Origin: Eledone cirrhosa
Taxonomy: Eukaryota
Length of the DNA stretch: 64,000 nt
Reading direction: 5' to 3'
NCBI GenBank assembly: GCA_964016885.1
Contig: OZ024764.1
Location: 11,346,001 to 11,410,000 of the forward strand
The position numbers and the translations under genes are program-made. Under the pieces are notes generated by a model. The model ran no database searches and was not told the origin of the DNA. It was given only the letters and a program-made list of their open reading frames with translations. This document shows, piece by piece, positions 1-14,926 of this stretch; position 1 is the first letter of the stretch; each line of letters opens with the position of its first letter.

Positions 1-259
1 CACAAATAACCCCCCCCCCCCTCCTCCTCACACACACAAGACAGCACAGCATTATCGGATCCGATATCAATCAGATAAAAGACCCAAACAACAACAACAA
101 CAACAACAACAAAATAACAATCGCAAATTTTAATAATCAATCAATGACAATTTAACGATATTGTTTAAAGATATTGTACAATATGTTTTGTAAATTTTAA
201 AACAAACATTAGAAAATATATATATTTGTTATATATATATAAACAAATATATATATATA

Positions 260-860
260 TATTTAAATATATCTATATAGATTTAAATATGTGTATATAT
301 ATTTAAATATGTATATATATTTAAATATGTGTATATATATTTAAATGTGTGTATATATATTTAAATATGTGTATATATATTTAAATGTGTGTATATATAT
401 TTAAATGTGTGTATATATTTAAATATGTGTATATATATTTAAATATATATATATATTTAAATATGTATATATATTTAAATATGTATATATATATTTAAAT
501 ATGTGTATATAGATTTAAATATGTATATATATTTAAATATGTGTATATATATTTAAATATGTATATATATTTAAATGTGTGTATATATATTTAAATATGT
601 GTATATATATTTAAATATGTATATATATTTAAATATGTGTATATATATTTAAATATGTATATATATTTAAATATATATATATATTTAAATATGTGTATAT
701 ATATTTAAATATGTATATATATTTAAATATGTGTATATATATTTAAATATGTGTATATATTTAAATATGTGTATATATATTTAAATATGTGTGTATGTAT
801 ATATTTAAATATATATATATTTAAATATGTGTATATATATTTAAATATGTATATAAATAT
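260..860. repeat. AT-rich minisatellite, ~18-22 bp unit (atttaaatatgtgtatatat)
   Basis: Dozens of tandem atttaaatat(gt)n(at)n units. Confidence 0.9.
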
Positions 861-911
861 ATATTTATTTATATAAATATATATATTTACATTTATATAA
901 ATATAACTATA

Positions 912-987
<76 letters not shown>

Positions 988-1014
988 TATATATATATTA
1001 CATATATAGACACA

Positions 1015-1048
<34 letters not shown>

Positions 1049-1194
1049 AAGGAGGGATAATTTTTTTCAAGCCCTCCTTTGTAATATTGTAGTTGGTTAA
1101 TGTTTATTAATCTAATCACAACTTGTTTGATTGTGTTCATGTTGTGGATCCTTTTGTTAGTGTTGGAGGTGGGGACTTTTGTTTGCTGTGTGTG

Positions 1195-1255
<61 letters not shown>

Positions 1256-1467
1256 AAGTATATATATATATATATATATATATGCATAAATATAAATATC
1301 ATCATCAAACATTAAAACAATGATATAATTATAAATATATATATATATATATACATACATACTCATATATATGTATGTATGTATGTATAAATACATATAT
1401 ATTTATATATATATATAATATAGACATGTATTTGTTAATCATATACAAGATATTAGATGTATGTATG

Positions 1468-1498
<31 letters not shown>

Positions 1499-1699
1499 GT
1501 ATGTGTGCATATATGTGTGTGTGTATATATATATATGTATAATGTATGTCTGTATACATATATATGTGTGTGTGTATATATGTGTGTATATATATGTATA
1601 ATGTATGTATGTATACATATATATATATATATGTGTGTGTATGTATGTGTATTTATGTATAAAGGCTGTTGCCTTCCTTCTTTGTTTTGCGTCCATTGT

Positions 1700-1939
1700 T
1701 TAAGGATTTCGGTAAATCAGAACTTTAGAGTATGTTGTTGATGTTGATGATGATGATGATGATTGGGAAACAATAATGGTGGAGATAGTGATGTCCCGAC
1801 CATCTGCACCTACATCACCAGCCCTCTCCCCCTCCTGCAACACTATAAAGCTCCATCTGTTTCCATCATCAGCTCTAACTGCTGATTGTGTATATAGTGG
1901 TTGTGGGGGAAGGGGCATTTCAGCAGGGGTAGGAGGTGT
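1700..1939 (-). other. Possible isolated terminal coding exon (TPPTPAEMPLPPQPLY...YRNP*)
   Basis: Non-repetitive, GC-richer open frame preceded on the minus strand by tttacag (candidate acceptor) and ending in TAA. No recognisable homology and no partner exons found. Confidence 0.15.
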
Positions 1940-2000
1940 CTGTAAATGCTGAGTACAACACTCTCGAGTTTCCACTATATATATATATATATATATATAT

Positions 2001-2333
2001 CATCATCATCATTTTACGTCCGCTTTTCCCTGCTTGCAAGGGTGGGACGGGAACTGATGCTGGCTTGATTTCTACAGCTGGATGCCCTTCCTAACACCAA
2101 CCTCATTTACAGTGAGTGCTGGGTGCTTTTTTGCTGTGGCACCCCCACGTCCACTTTGCAGTGGAATGATATGGACCCCAGTCCCTATCATCTCATTTCT
2201 ACAGCTGAGTAAACTGGAGCAATGTGAAATAAGTGTCTTGCTCAAGGGAACAACACATCACCCAGTCTGAGAATTGAACTCACAACCTTTCGATTGCAAG
2301 CCCAATGCTCTAACCACTCAGCCATGTGCCTCC
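2001..2333 (-). mobile_element. Full-length tRNA-derived CORE-type SINE, tail type A
   Basis: A box-like tggctgagtgg, B box-like gagttcaattc, CORE-like ccttgagcaagacactt, RTE-like tail cccacccttgcaagcagggaaaagcggacgtaaaa(tga)n; flanked by (TA)n on both sides. Confidence 0.9.
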
Positions 2334-2494
2334 ATATATATATATATATTTCTATATCAAGGGCGGTGCCCCAGCATGGCCTCAACTGGATGGCTGGAAC
2401 AGGTAAAAGAATATATATATATGTTATCTCTAACAAAATACACCCCCCCCCCCGTCCCCCCCCCATCCACACCGCCCCCTTCTATGTAAAGTTA

Positions 2495-2778
2495 TGTTGG
2501 TGCCGCGCCATCCAGGCCGAAACAAATGAGATCGTGTAGGTGTCACGACAAAAAAACACACAGTCCACGCTGTAATGTGGCCGTGTAGGCAACACGGTAA
2601 AAACCTCCCAGACCCACACTGTAAACGTGGTTGGTGTTAGGAAGGGCATCCAACTGTAGAAAACCTGCCAGACAGTCCTATGCGAGCAAGACAACTAATC
2701 TTGCCTCAAGTGGGAAAACTTCCGTCCAAACCCATGCTAGCGTGGAAGATGGACGTTAAACGTTGATGATGATGATGA
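2495..2778 (+). mobile_element. SINE 3' part (diverged, tail type B)
   Basis: ggttggtgttaggaagggcatcc module and ccatgctagcgtggaag...ggacgt...(gat)n end. Confidence 0.75.
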
Positions 2779-2816
2779 TATATATATATATATAGATTGA
2801 ACCCGGGATAAACATA

Positions 2817-2867
<51 letters not shown>

Positions 2868-3789
2868 ATATATATATGTATATATACACATACATACACA
2901 TACATACATATACATACATACATACATACATACATATATGTGTGTATACGTACATACATATATGTATAAGACGTACAGTAGTATGTATATATATATACAT
3001 ACATGGACACATATATATATGTACGTATGTATATATATACATACTACTGTACATCTGTATACATATATGTAGGTACGTATACATACATATATTTAAGTAA
3101 CAGCCGTACTAAGAGTGAGAAATGAAATTTCGTTTCATTTTTTCCGTTTATATATATATATATATACATACACATACACATATATATATATATATATATA
3201 TATAAGGGTGGACTTTAGCAATAGGTAATTTTCTGAAAGTTAAAATTTTTCTGCTCTCACCCCCAATCCTGTTCCAATCAACAAAAACACAGAGTATGCT
3301 AAACAAGAAAAAGGGGTGTACAAAAACTTATTTCTCTCAGCTGTCAACCACATAGGGATATATGTATATTAGGGTGGCCCTTAGCAATTGGTAATTTTCC
3401 GAAAGTTAAAATTTTGCTGCTTCCACAGCGAAAAATAGGTGTTTACCCTAAACCTGTGCTCTTTCCCCAGCTTTGGAAGTTGCCTTCCCCATTATATTTA
3501 TTGCCACTTATCCTTCTAATACCAAGAATAAGTCTGAACAAGTTTTTTATTTAAGAGAAAATTATATAAGAGATAACATAATTTTTATCTGAAAAAATGA
3601 CTTTCTGAGCGAAAACTTCAAAATGTCCCAGTCGATGAGGGTCACCTTGCAGTTGTCTGATTGTGCTGAAATTGTGCATAGATTGAGTTTTTGTTAATTG
3701 AAACAAGATAGGGGATTGGGAGCTAAACATTTAGAAAGCTGAAAAATCTACTGCCACCCATTGCTTTGATAGGATTTTTTATTTTTTTT

Positions 3790-3966
3790 AGATGGCCGTT
3801 AACTCTTATGAGTTCGTCTGCCCTTTGTCAGGTTTTGTTTTTTTGTCCTGCAGGGTGTCCAAAATCACCCTCCTCGCCAAGTAAACTTGGTGGGGTTTTC
3901 CGGTTTAGTCACCGACGACCCGACCCTGCGACAGGTTGTACTGGGTTACATGCTACCAGTAGCACT
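3790..3966 (-). mobile_element. Dispersed repeat, same family as 31130-32140 and 60396-60830 (probable RTE 5'-UTR-like)
   Basis: Reverse complement matches 60412-60585 (gtgctactggtagcatgtaacccagtacaacc...ggacaccctgcagga). Confidence 0.65.
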
Positions 3967-4150
3967 CATCATCATCATCATCATCATCATTCGTCGACTA
4001 CGGTCGAGATGATGGATCTCACTCTCATGCCCCAGAATTCCCTGTCCCCCATCGCTGCCCCCAGGTCCTGTCGACCGATTCCCGTATCCCTAGAGATAAC
4101 GTCAGGGAATGACAGCTTCCTACTCCTAAAGAGTGACCTGACAGATGTCT
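3967..4150 (-). mobile_element. RTE-clade LINE 3' end fragment
   Basis: SFPDVISRDTGIGRQDLGAAMGDREFW...* followed by a (tga)n tail, typical of an RTE ORF C-terminus. Confidence 0.65.
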
Positions 4151-4424
4151 GGAACAGCCAAAAGAGTAAAGATTTCATAATTTCTTTTATTCCACAATAA
4201 CCATAATACGTATTTCTGTGGTGACATGGCTACATCATGATAATATGCAGCAAAGCAATGATGACATGCCATCTTTAGATGGCACATTAATCTCTTGATA
4301 TGTAATCTATATTCAATGTAGCGATATGGAGAACGACAAGCATTTTGATGTTATTTAAATGGCGTGTCTCTATATGAGTTTAAGATTCATGTTAGTCTTA
4401 CAGTGTGCGCTGGCAGGTGAGATC

Positions 4425-4434
4425 TATGTGTGTG

Positions 4435-4497
<63 letters not shown>

Positions 4498-4520
4498 ATG
4501 TATATATGTGTATATATATG

Positions 4521-4563
<43 letters not shown>

Positions 4564-4676
4564 TCATATATATATATATATACATATGCATATATATATA
4601 TATATGTGTATATATGTGTATATATATATGTGCATATATATATATATATGTGTATATATGTGTATATATATGTATA

Positions 4677-4726
<50 letters not shown>

Positions 4727-4818
4727 TGTATATATATGTACATATTTGTGTGTGTATATGTCCATACATACATACATACATACATAAACACACACACATA
4801 TATGTGTATATATATATG

Positions 4819-4859
<41 letters not shown>

Positions 4860-5046
4860 TTATATGTACGTATATATGTATGCATGTATATATATATATA
4901 TGTATGCATGTATATATATATATATATATGTATGTACATATATATGTATATATTCATATATATATACATATATACACATACATCCATACTACACACATAC
5001 ACACCAACACATAGACACACACATATACCATACACACACACACACA
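4425..5046. repeat. (TA)n/(TG)n compound microsatellite
   Basis: Direct reading. Confidence 0.95.
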
Positions 5047-5142
5047 CCACTGAAAGATTCATATATCTTGATTTCATTAGAGAGCAGTAAAAGTCCTCCA
5101 CAGTTCACTGCATTGCTAAATCATTCAGCTGTTTATTCCATA

Positions 5143-5874
5143 TGGTGGTGGTGGTGGTGATGGTGGTGGTGGTTGTTGTGGTGGTGGTGGTGGTGGTGGT
5201 GGTTGTCGTGGTGGTGGTGGTGGTGGTGGTGGTGGTTGTAGTGGTGGTGGTTGTTGTGGCTGTTGTTGTGGTTGTTGTTGTGGTGGTGGTGGTGGTTGAT
5301 GTGGTTGTGGTGGTGGTGGTGGTGGTGGTTGTTGTGGTGGTTGTTGTAGTGGTGGTGGTGGTGGTGGTGGTGGTGGTTGATGTGGTGGTGGTGGTGGTGG
5401 TGGTTGTTGTGGCTGTTGTTGTGGTTGTTGTTGTGGTGGTGGTGGTGGTGGTGGTTGATGTGGTGGTGGTGGTGGTGGTGGTGGTGGTGGTGGTGGTGGT
5501 GGTGGTGGTGGTGGTTGTAGTGGTGGTGGTTGTTGTGGCTGTTGTTGTGGTTGTTGTTGTGGTGGTGGTGGTGGTGGTGGTTGATGTGGTTGTGGTGGTG
5601 GTGGTGGTGGTGGTTGTTGTGGTGGTTGTTGTAGTGGTGGTGGTGGTGGTGGTGGTGGTTGTGGTGGTGGTGGTGGTGGTGGTTGTTGTGGCTGTTGTTG
5701 TGGTTGTTGTTGTGGTGGTGGTGGTGGTGGTGGTTGATGTGGTTGTGGTGGTGGTGGTGGTGGTGGTGGTGGTGGTGGTGGTGGTTGTTGTGGTTGTTGT
5801 TGTGGTGGTGGTGGTGGTTGTTGTTGTGGTGGTGGTGGTGGTGGTGGTGGTGGTGGTGGTGGTGGTGGTGGTGG

Positions 5875-5932
<58 letters not shown>

Positions 5933-7125
5933 GGTGGTTGTGGTGGTGGTGGTTGTTGTGGTGCTGGTGGTGGTGGTGGTTGTGGTTGTGGTGGTGGTGG
6001 TGGTGGTGGTGCTGGTGGTGGTGGTGGTGGTGGTGGTGGTGGTGGTGGTGGTGGTGGTGGTGGTGGTGGTGGTGGTGGTTGTGGTGGTGCTGGTGGTGGT
6101 TGTGGTGGTGGTGGTTGTTGTGGTGCTGGTGGTGGTGGTGGTTGTGGTTGTGGTGGTGGTGGTGGTGGCTGTTGTGGTAGTTGTGGTGGTGGTTGTTGTG
6201 GTGGTTGTTGTGGTGGTGGTAGTGGTGGTTGTTGTGGTGGTGGTGGTGTTGGTGGTCGTTGTGGTGGTCATTGTGGTGGTGGTGGTTGTGGTGGTGGTGG
6301 TTGTTGTGGTGGGGTGGTGGTGGTGGTGGTTGTGGTGGTGGTGGTGGCTGTTGTGGTAGTTGTGGTGGTGGTTGTTGTGGTGGTGGTAGTGATGGTTGTT
6401 GTGGTGGTGGTGGTGTTGGTGGTCGTTGTGGTCGTTGTGGTGGTCATTGTGGTGGTGGTGGTGGTCGTTGTGGTGGTTGTTGTGGTGGTGGTTGTTGTGG
6501 TAGTGGTCGTTGTGGTCGTTGTTGTGATGGTTGTGGTCGTTGTGGTGGTGGTAGTGGTGGTGGTGGTGGTGGTGGTGGTGGTGGTCGTTGTAGTGGTGGT
6601 GGTTGTGGTGGTGGTGGTGGTCGTTGTGGTGGTGGTGGTTGTCGTTGTGGTCGTTGTGGTAGTGGTGGTGGTTGTTGTTGTGGTGGTGTTGGTGGTGGTG
6701 GTGGTGGTGGTCGTTGTGGTAGTGGTGGTGGTTGTTGTTGTGGTGGTGGTGGTTGTCGTTGTGTGGTGGTGGCTGTTGTGGTAGTTGTGGTGGTGGTGGT
6801 GGTGGTTGTTGTGGTAGTTGTGGTGGTGGTTGTTGTGGTAGTTGTTGTTGTGGTGGTGGTTGTGGTAGTTGTGGTTGTGGTGATTGTTGTGGTAGTTGTG
6901 GTGGTGGTGGTTGTTGTGGTAGTTGTGGTTGTGGTGGTGGTTGTTGTAGTTGTGGTGGTGGTGGTCGTGGTGGTGGTGGTTGTGGTGGCTGTGGTGGTGG
7001 TGTTTGTTGGGGTTGATGTGGTGGTGGCTGTGGTTGGTAATTGTGGTCATTGTGGTGTGGTTGATGTTGTGGTAGTTGCAGTGGTGGTAGTTGTTTTTGT
7101 TGTTCTTGTTGTTATTGGCATTGTC
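5143..7125. repeat. ~2 kb (GTG/GTT)n trinucleotide array
   Basis: Direct reading; explains the poly-V, poly-T and poly-W ORFs. Confidence 0.95.
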
Positions 7126-7145
7126 GTCATAAAAATTTGCTGCTT

Positions 7146-7934
<789 letters not shown>

Positions 7935-8019
7935 TTGTTCTTGTACCTGTTCTGGTTGTTGAATTTCATTTTGTGTTGTTGTCATTGTGTAATGTTTTGA
8001 TTTAATCCTTTTATTGTTA

Positions 8020-8288
8020 TCATTATTATTATTAGCAGCAGCAGGAGCAGCAGTAGTAGTAACAGCAGTGGTAGTGGTAGTAGTACTGGTAGTGGTCGTA
8101 GTAGTGGTAGTGGTAGTGGTGGTAGTAGTAGTAGTGGTGGTAGTAGTGGCAGTAGTAGTAGTAATAGTAGTAGTAGTGGTGGTAGTGGTAGTAGTAGTAG
8201 TAGCAGTAGTGGTGGTGGTAGTGGTAGTAGTAGTAGCAGTAGTAGTGGTGGTAGTGGTAGTGGTAGTATTTTTATTATCAGTCGTATT

Positions 8289-8322
<34 letters not shown>

Positions 8323-9530
8323 GTAGAATTTAATTTAGGATATTGAGTCAATTTTCAACTATAATTCTCAAAAGTGATAAAGAACCATAAAACACAGCAG
8401 CTTCAGCAGCAGCAGCAGCAGCAATACCACCACCACCACCACAAACAACAACAGCAGCAATACCACCACCACTGCAGCAGCATCACAAACAACAACAACA
8501 GCAGCAATACCACCACCACTGCAGCAGCATCACAAACAACAACAACAGCAGCAATACCACCACCACCAACAACAACAACAGCAGCAATAGCACCACCACC
8601 ACCACTGCAGCAGCATCACAAACAACAACAACAGCAGCAATACCACCACCACCAACAACAACAACAGCAGCAATAGCACCACCACCACCACTGCAGCAGC
8701 ATCACAAACAACAACAACAGCAGCAATACCACCACCACCACTACCAACACAAACAACAACAACAGCAGCAATAGCACCACCACCACCACCACCACCACCA
8801 CCACCACTGCAGCAGCATCACAAACAACAACAATAGCACTACCACTTCCATCATCACCACCACCACCTCCATCACCACCACCACCTCCAACACCACCATC
8901 ACAAACGAAGACAGCAGCAGCAGCATCACAAACAACAACAGCAACTGTAGCAACAACAATAGCACCGCCACCACCACTGCCACCACCACCACCATCACAA
9001 ACAAAGACATCATCAGCAATAATAGCACAACCACCGCCACCACCACCACCACCACCACAACCAAAGCCACCACCACCACCACCACCACCACTGCCACCAC
9101 CACCACCATCACAAACAAAGACAACAATAGCACAACCACCACCACCACCACCGCCACCGCCACCGCCACACTCCACCACCACCGCCACACTCCACCACCA
9201 CCACCACCACCACCACTGCCACCACCACCACCACTGCCACCGCCGCCACCACCGCCGCCACCACCATCACCGCCGCCACCACCACCATCACCACCACCAT
9301 CACAACAGCAGCAACATCAGCAACTGTAGCAGCAGCAGTAGCAACATCAGCAACAATAGCACAACCCCCACCACCACCACCACAACTTCAACAACATCAC
9401 CATCAGAATCAACAACAGCAGCTGTTTATCATGGTGGTGGTGGTGGTGGTGGTGGTGGTGGTTGTTGTTGTTGTCGTTGTTACTGTTGCTGCTGCTACTG
9501 TTGTTGTTGTTGTTGTTGGTGTAGCCGTTG
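8020..9530. repeat. Trinucleotide arrays in alternating orientation: GTA/GTG/GTT, then CAC/CAG/CAA, then GTG/GTT
   Basis: Direct reading. Confidence 0.9.
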
Positions 9531-9830
9531 CCGCGGACGATATAATGTAATCACTAAAAATGGAGTGATTTGTTTCAATTAGAGGCAATTGTTGAAAACA
9601 TCTCCTGGAAAACAATATTGATTTCTCGTGCAAGTGAGGGCAGGCAGGCATGGTGCGACCTAGTGGTTAGGGTGTTGGTCCCTGCAATCATCAGGTCATA
9701 GGTTTGATACCAGGTGCTGTGTGGACCAGGTGCTGTGTTGTCATCTGCAGTAGCATGATGTTCCAGTTTAATGTTGCTTCTAATTGACATGCCGGCTAAA
9801 CCTACATGGTCACTAATGATCAGAGAGGTA

Positions 9831-9923
<93 letters not shown>

Positions 9924-9960
9924 GAGCACATATATGAGTATGTATGTATATATATATATG

Positions 9961-10148
9961 AGCACTCACTGTAAATGAGGTTGGTGTTAGGAAGGGCATC
10001 CAGCTGTAGAAATCAAGCCAAATCAGTTCCTGTATGAGCAAGGCATGGTCAGCCGACCACACACTGCCCACAACAGGAGAACCCATGTAACGCATGCTAG
10101 CGTGGAAGAACGGACGTAAAATGGTGATGATGATGATGATGATGATGA
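9961..10148 (+). mobile_element. SINE 3' half, tail type B
   Basis: cactgtaaatgaggttggtgttaggaagggcatcc...gctagcgtggaagaacggacgtaaaa(tga)n. Confidence 0.85.
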
Positions 10149-10175
10149 TATATATATATATATATAATAAGTTAT

Positions 10176-10292
10176 GGAGGCACATGGCTTAGTGGTTAGA
10201 GCATTGGCCTTGCAATCGAAAGGTTGTGAGTTCAATTCTCAGACCAAATGATGTGTTGTTTCCTTGAGCAAGACACTTTATTTCACATTGCT
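10176..10292 (+). mobile_element. SINE tRNA head and CORE (3' truncated)
   Basis: ggaggcacatggcttagtggttagagc...gagttcaattctc...ccttgagcaagacacttt. Confidence 0.85.
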
Positions 10293-10314
10293 TTTAATAT
10301 ATCCAATATATCCA

Positions 10315-10826
10315 ATGTTTCCAAAAGTCATGGGAGGCTGTGCTCTTTTCTGACTTTGTAGGCATGCCCACGGGTGTTAGACACATGGAAATCAAAAAGG
10401 TGCTCAGGGTTGTTGTTGGCAAGATGGTTAACAATTTTGTGGGTGTCTACCAAGTCTGTTGCCAGACATCAGAGCTTCAATGTATCTGATGTTTGCGAAA
10501 GTCATGGGAGCTGTGCTGTTTTCTGACTTTATAGCCATGTCCACATGTGTTAGACACATGGAAATCAAAAAGGTGCTTAGGGTTGTTGTTGGAAAGATAG
10601 TTAATAATCTTGTAGGTGTTTACCAAGTCAGTTGTCGAGTGTCGAAGCTTCAATGTATCCATGTCCAGGGAAGCAAGTCATTCAGAGTCTGGTAGATGCC
10701 TGATGGAGGGTATTCGCTTGGTTGCAGATCTCTGAACAGTCTCCAGGAGAGCAATATTCTGAACAAGATAGGGGTTCCAGACCGCTGATAGAAAATTCTA
10801 AGTGTGGCCACACCATTTCTATAATA
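10315..10826 (-). mobile_element. CR1-clade LINE ORF2 C-terminal fragment with an internal ~170 bp tandem duplication
   Basis: Minus-strand peptides resembling PHLEF..WNPYL..ETVQRSATKRI and DLVNTYKII...GHGYKVRKQHSSHDFRKH; 10315-10485 duplicates 10490-10660. Confidence 0.75.
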
Positions 10827-10966
10827 TCCGGCGTCATAAAACCAGACGTTTTAACAACTCTGCCAATTCTTTATCCTCTTCACAACAACCACAACCACAA
10901 TTAAATGATAAGAACTGTTGCCTCCCCCTTCTTCCACCAATATATAAATATATATATATATATATA

Positions 10967-10999
<33 letters not shown>

Positions 11000-11114
11000 A
11001 TATATATTTTATCTTGGAAACACTTATTGGATTTCAAGTACCATAAATTTCATTTTTGTCTTTGATAAAACAAAACCCCTCCCTCCATCTCTACCTACCT
11101 ACCTCACACCCCTA

Positions 11115-11831
<717 letters not shown>

Positions 11832-12049
11832 TTTTCCTCCGGAACATTTAAAAAAGATGTACAGATAAATATATTACTTGGCAATGTTTTTCTGTAAAAG
11901 ATCAGTTAAAGGAGTTTCTGTGGAAATTAAAATATTTATGGGCACATTTCTAGCAAAGATTTTGATTCTGGATAAAAGTTTGTTATGGTGGTGGTGGTGG
12001 TGGGGTTAATGTTGTGGTGGTGGTGTCATGCTGGTTGTGGTGGTGGTCG

Positions 12050-12255
12050 TGTTGGTGACACGACAAAAAGCACTCAGTACTCACTTTAAGTGAGGTTGCC
12101 GCCAGGAAGGGCATCCAGCTGTAGAAACCGAGCCAAAACCGGTTCTGTCTGTGCAAGACATGGTCATCTGACTTAGCATTGCCCACAACAAAGCAGCTCA
12201 TTTAACCCATGCTAGCATGGAAAAATGGACGCTAAATGGTGATGATGATGATGAT
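12050..12255 (+). mobile_element. SINE 3' half (diverged, tail B)
   Basis: ggaagggcatccagctgtagaaa...cccatgctagcatggaaaaatggacg(tga)n. Confidence 0.75.
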
Positions 12256-12565
12256 ATACATATATACTTTATTATAGAAATGACTTCTACATAACTAGAG
12301 CTGTTTCATTTGAAAGAAATCCTCGTGTGTGTGTGTGTATGTGTTGGTGTAATGGTAGCACAGTGGTCTGGATAACGAAAGATGTGGGTTTGACTCCCAT
12401 GTACGTCAATACTCATCTTTTTCCATTTATCTGAGGGTTCTAAACCCCATTATCAGACTAAAATTTCTTTAGTCAAAAATACGGTGAAAGCTATTCTATT
12501 TTCTAATTTCAAACCTGCTCACTGTTTCAAAACATATTTACTTGTCATATATATATTCATTTCAT

Positions 12566-12893
12566 TTTCATTTTACGTCCACTTTTCCCTGCTTGCAAGG
12601 GTGGGACGGGAACTGATTCTGGCTTGATTTCGACAGCTGGATGCCCTTCCTAAGACCAACCTCATTTACAATGTGAGCTGGGTGCTTTTTTGTCGTGGCA
12701 CCTCCACGACAACTTTGCAATGGAATGATAGGGACCCCAGTCCCTATCATCTCATTTCTACAGCTGAGTAAACTGGAGCAATGTGAAATAAAGTGTCTTG
12801 CTCAAGGAAACAACACATCACCCGGTCTGAGAATTGAACTCACAACCTTTCGATTGCAAGGCCAATGCTCTAACCACTAAGCCATGTGCCTCC
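12566..12893 (-). mobile_element. Full-length CORE-type SINE, tail A
   Basis: Near-identical to 2001-2333. Confidence 0.9.
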
Positions 12894-12910
12894 ATATTTC
12901 TATATATATA

Positions 12911-13415
12911 TAGAAATATTAAAACAATGAAATTAAACACAAAACTGTTAATTCATAGTAAAACTCATTATTTTACGATCGTTTCTGGGGGGAGGGGGTA
13001 GTTCCCTGTATGTTCATTCAATTATTGATCTATGTAAAACATATTACAAAATATCATAGTAAGAAAAAGATATATACGTCTTCACTACCCACCGTTATTT
13101 CTGAAGACGGCGGATAGTGAAAACGTATGTATCTTTTTCTTACTATGATATTTTGTAATATGTTTTACATAGATCAATAATTGAATGAACATACAGGGAA
13201 CTACCCCCTAGAAACGATCGTAAAATAATGAGTTTTACTATGAATTAACAGTTTTGTGTTTAATTTTGTTGTTTTAATATTTCTATTTTTGACTCTGTAT
13301 CCAACTGAATTATATCGTTGATAACATTTTTGTGTTTTAAACTTTGCTTCATGACATCTACATACGGATTATATTGGGTTCTTTATACGGTTTAGACCCT
13401 ACCATTGATTGGTAG

Positions 13416-13420
<5 letters not shown>
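12911..13420 (+). mobile_element. Palindromic element, family D (inverted arms 12911-13285 plus one-sided tail), putative Penelope-like derivative
   Basis: ~185 bp inverted arms, (TA)n flanks, GAA-ACGATCGT-A motif; tail homologous to 61480-61790. Confidence 0.7.
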
Positions 13421-13446
<26 letters not shown>

Positions 13447-13667
13447 GTGAAGGCGTGTGGCTGAGTGGTTAGAGAAGTGGATTCGCAATCGTAAGGTTGT
13501 GAGTTCGATTCCTGGACCAGGCGATGCGTTATGTCCTTGAGCAAGACACTTTATTTCACGTTGCTCCTTCTACCTGGAGTTGCGACCGATAGATAGTATT
13601 AGCAATTGGAAAGACCAACGGAAACATTGTTCCCTCGGTCCGATTTGACGAAAGTCGATCGTTCCTT
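13447..13667 (+). mobile_element. SINE subfamily with tRNA head and CORE and a different 3' body
   Basis: tggctgagtggttaga...gagttcgattcct...ccttgagcaagacacttt, then a body homologous to the 95-bp satellite unit. Confidence 0.8.
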
Positions 13668-13689
13668 TATATATATATATATATATATA

Positions 13690-13916
13690 CAATATTTATT
13701 TATAAAACTGATCTATATTGTATTTTGTCTGATGAAAGCACACCATAATTTAACGTGGTGTCCTTGAAATATTTATAATAAAATAAATATGGTTTTATAA
13801 ATATAGTTTCCATTTGTTAATATCGTATGTTTACTCCAAATACTTGTTGAGTGCTTTATATCAGTTATAAAAATATTTGCTTGTTGTATCCCAACAATTT
13901 AAATAGAACTTTTGCA
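13690..13916 (+). mobile_element. HHR-bearing element, family A (single arm)
   Basis: Homologous to 26633-26857, 37865-38116 and 52720-52938; (TA)n flanks. Confidence 0.8.
13721..13785 (+). ncRNA. Minimal type I hammerhead ribozyme motif
   Basis: tattttgt CTGATGA aagcacacca..tggtgtcctt GAA ATATTTAT A ataaaata. Confidence 0.7.
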
Positions 13917-14290
13917 TATATATATTTATATTACTATAAAATAGTATTATTTTTTTTTCACCTGGGAGTGAAAGGCCCCCAGTTGTTATCACAACACCTT
14001 TGTAGGAGAGGGGAAACACTGAAAAAAAACTGCGGCTTTGGAAGTGTTTTTGATGTTCAGAGAGTAGGATTGATCAAATGCCAGGCCTTTAACCATTTAA
14101 AAAAACTTTCAAAGCTCAGGCATTGCTTGTTGAGGTTATGTTACAGGTTCATGTGGTTGACCGTAGCTTAAAAGTGCACCATTTTCTGTAATCTGACAAG
14201 CAGTTACAATACTCTTAGCAGAGTTTGCAGCCTTCATATATATATACACACACACACACCCCCACATCTACATATGTGTATATATGATGA

Positions 14291-14342
<52 letters not shown>

Positions 14343-14346
14343 GTAT

Positions 14347-14717
14347 GAAGGCGCATGGCTTAGTGGTTAGAGCATTGGCCTTGCAATCGAAAGGTTGTGA
14401 GTTCAATTCTCAGACCGGGTGATGTGTTGTTTCCTTGAGCAAGGCACTTTATTTCACATTGCTCCAGTTTACTCAGCTGTAGATACTCCCTATCATTCCA
14501 CTGCAAAGTGGTCGTGGAGGCGCCACGGCAAAAAAGCACCCAGCACTCACTGTAAATGAGGTTGGTGTTAGGAAGGGCATCCAGCTGTAGAAAGCAAGCC
14601 AGAATCAGTTCCCGTACGAGCAAGACAAGGTCAGCCGACCGGACACTGCCCACAACAGGACAACCCGTCTAACCCATGCTAGAGTGGACGAACGGACGTA
14701 AAACGGTGATGATGATG
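14347..14717 (+). mobile_element. Full-length CORE-type SINE, tail B
   Basis: Head, CORE, central module and cccatgctagagtggacgaacggacgtaaaacgg(tga)n. Confidence 0.9.
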
Positions 14718-14742
14718 TACGTGTGTGTATATGTATATACAT

Positions 14743-14926
14743 GGATGATAGGGACTGGGGTCCATATCATTCCACTGCAAAGTGGTCGTGCAGGTGCCAC
14801 GGCAAAAAAAGCACCCAGCACTCACTGTAAATGAGGTTGGTGTTAGGAAGGGCATCCAGCTGTAGAAATCAAGCCGTCCCACCCTTGCAAGCAGGGAAAA
14901 GCGGACGTAAAAGGAAATGATGATGA
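14743..14926 (+). mobile_element. SINE 3' half, tail A
   Basis: gatgatagggactggggtcc...cccacccttgcaagcagggaaaagcggacgtaaaa. Confidence 0.85.

Noticed and set aside
3205-3790. Possible DNA transposon (duplicated agggtgg.c.ttagcaat.ggtaatttt start)
   Set aside because: No matching TIR or TSD could be identified
14347-14420. tRNA gene
   Set aside because: The tRNA-like A/B boxes are SINE heads that continue into the CORE domain
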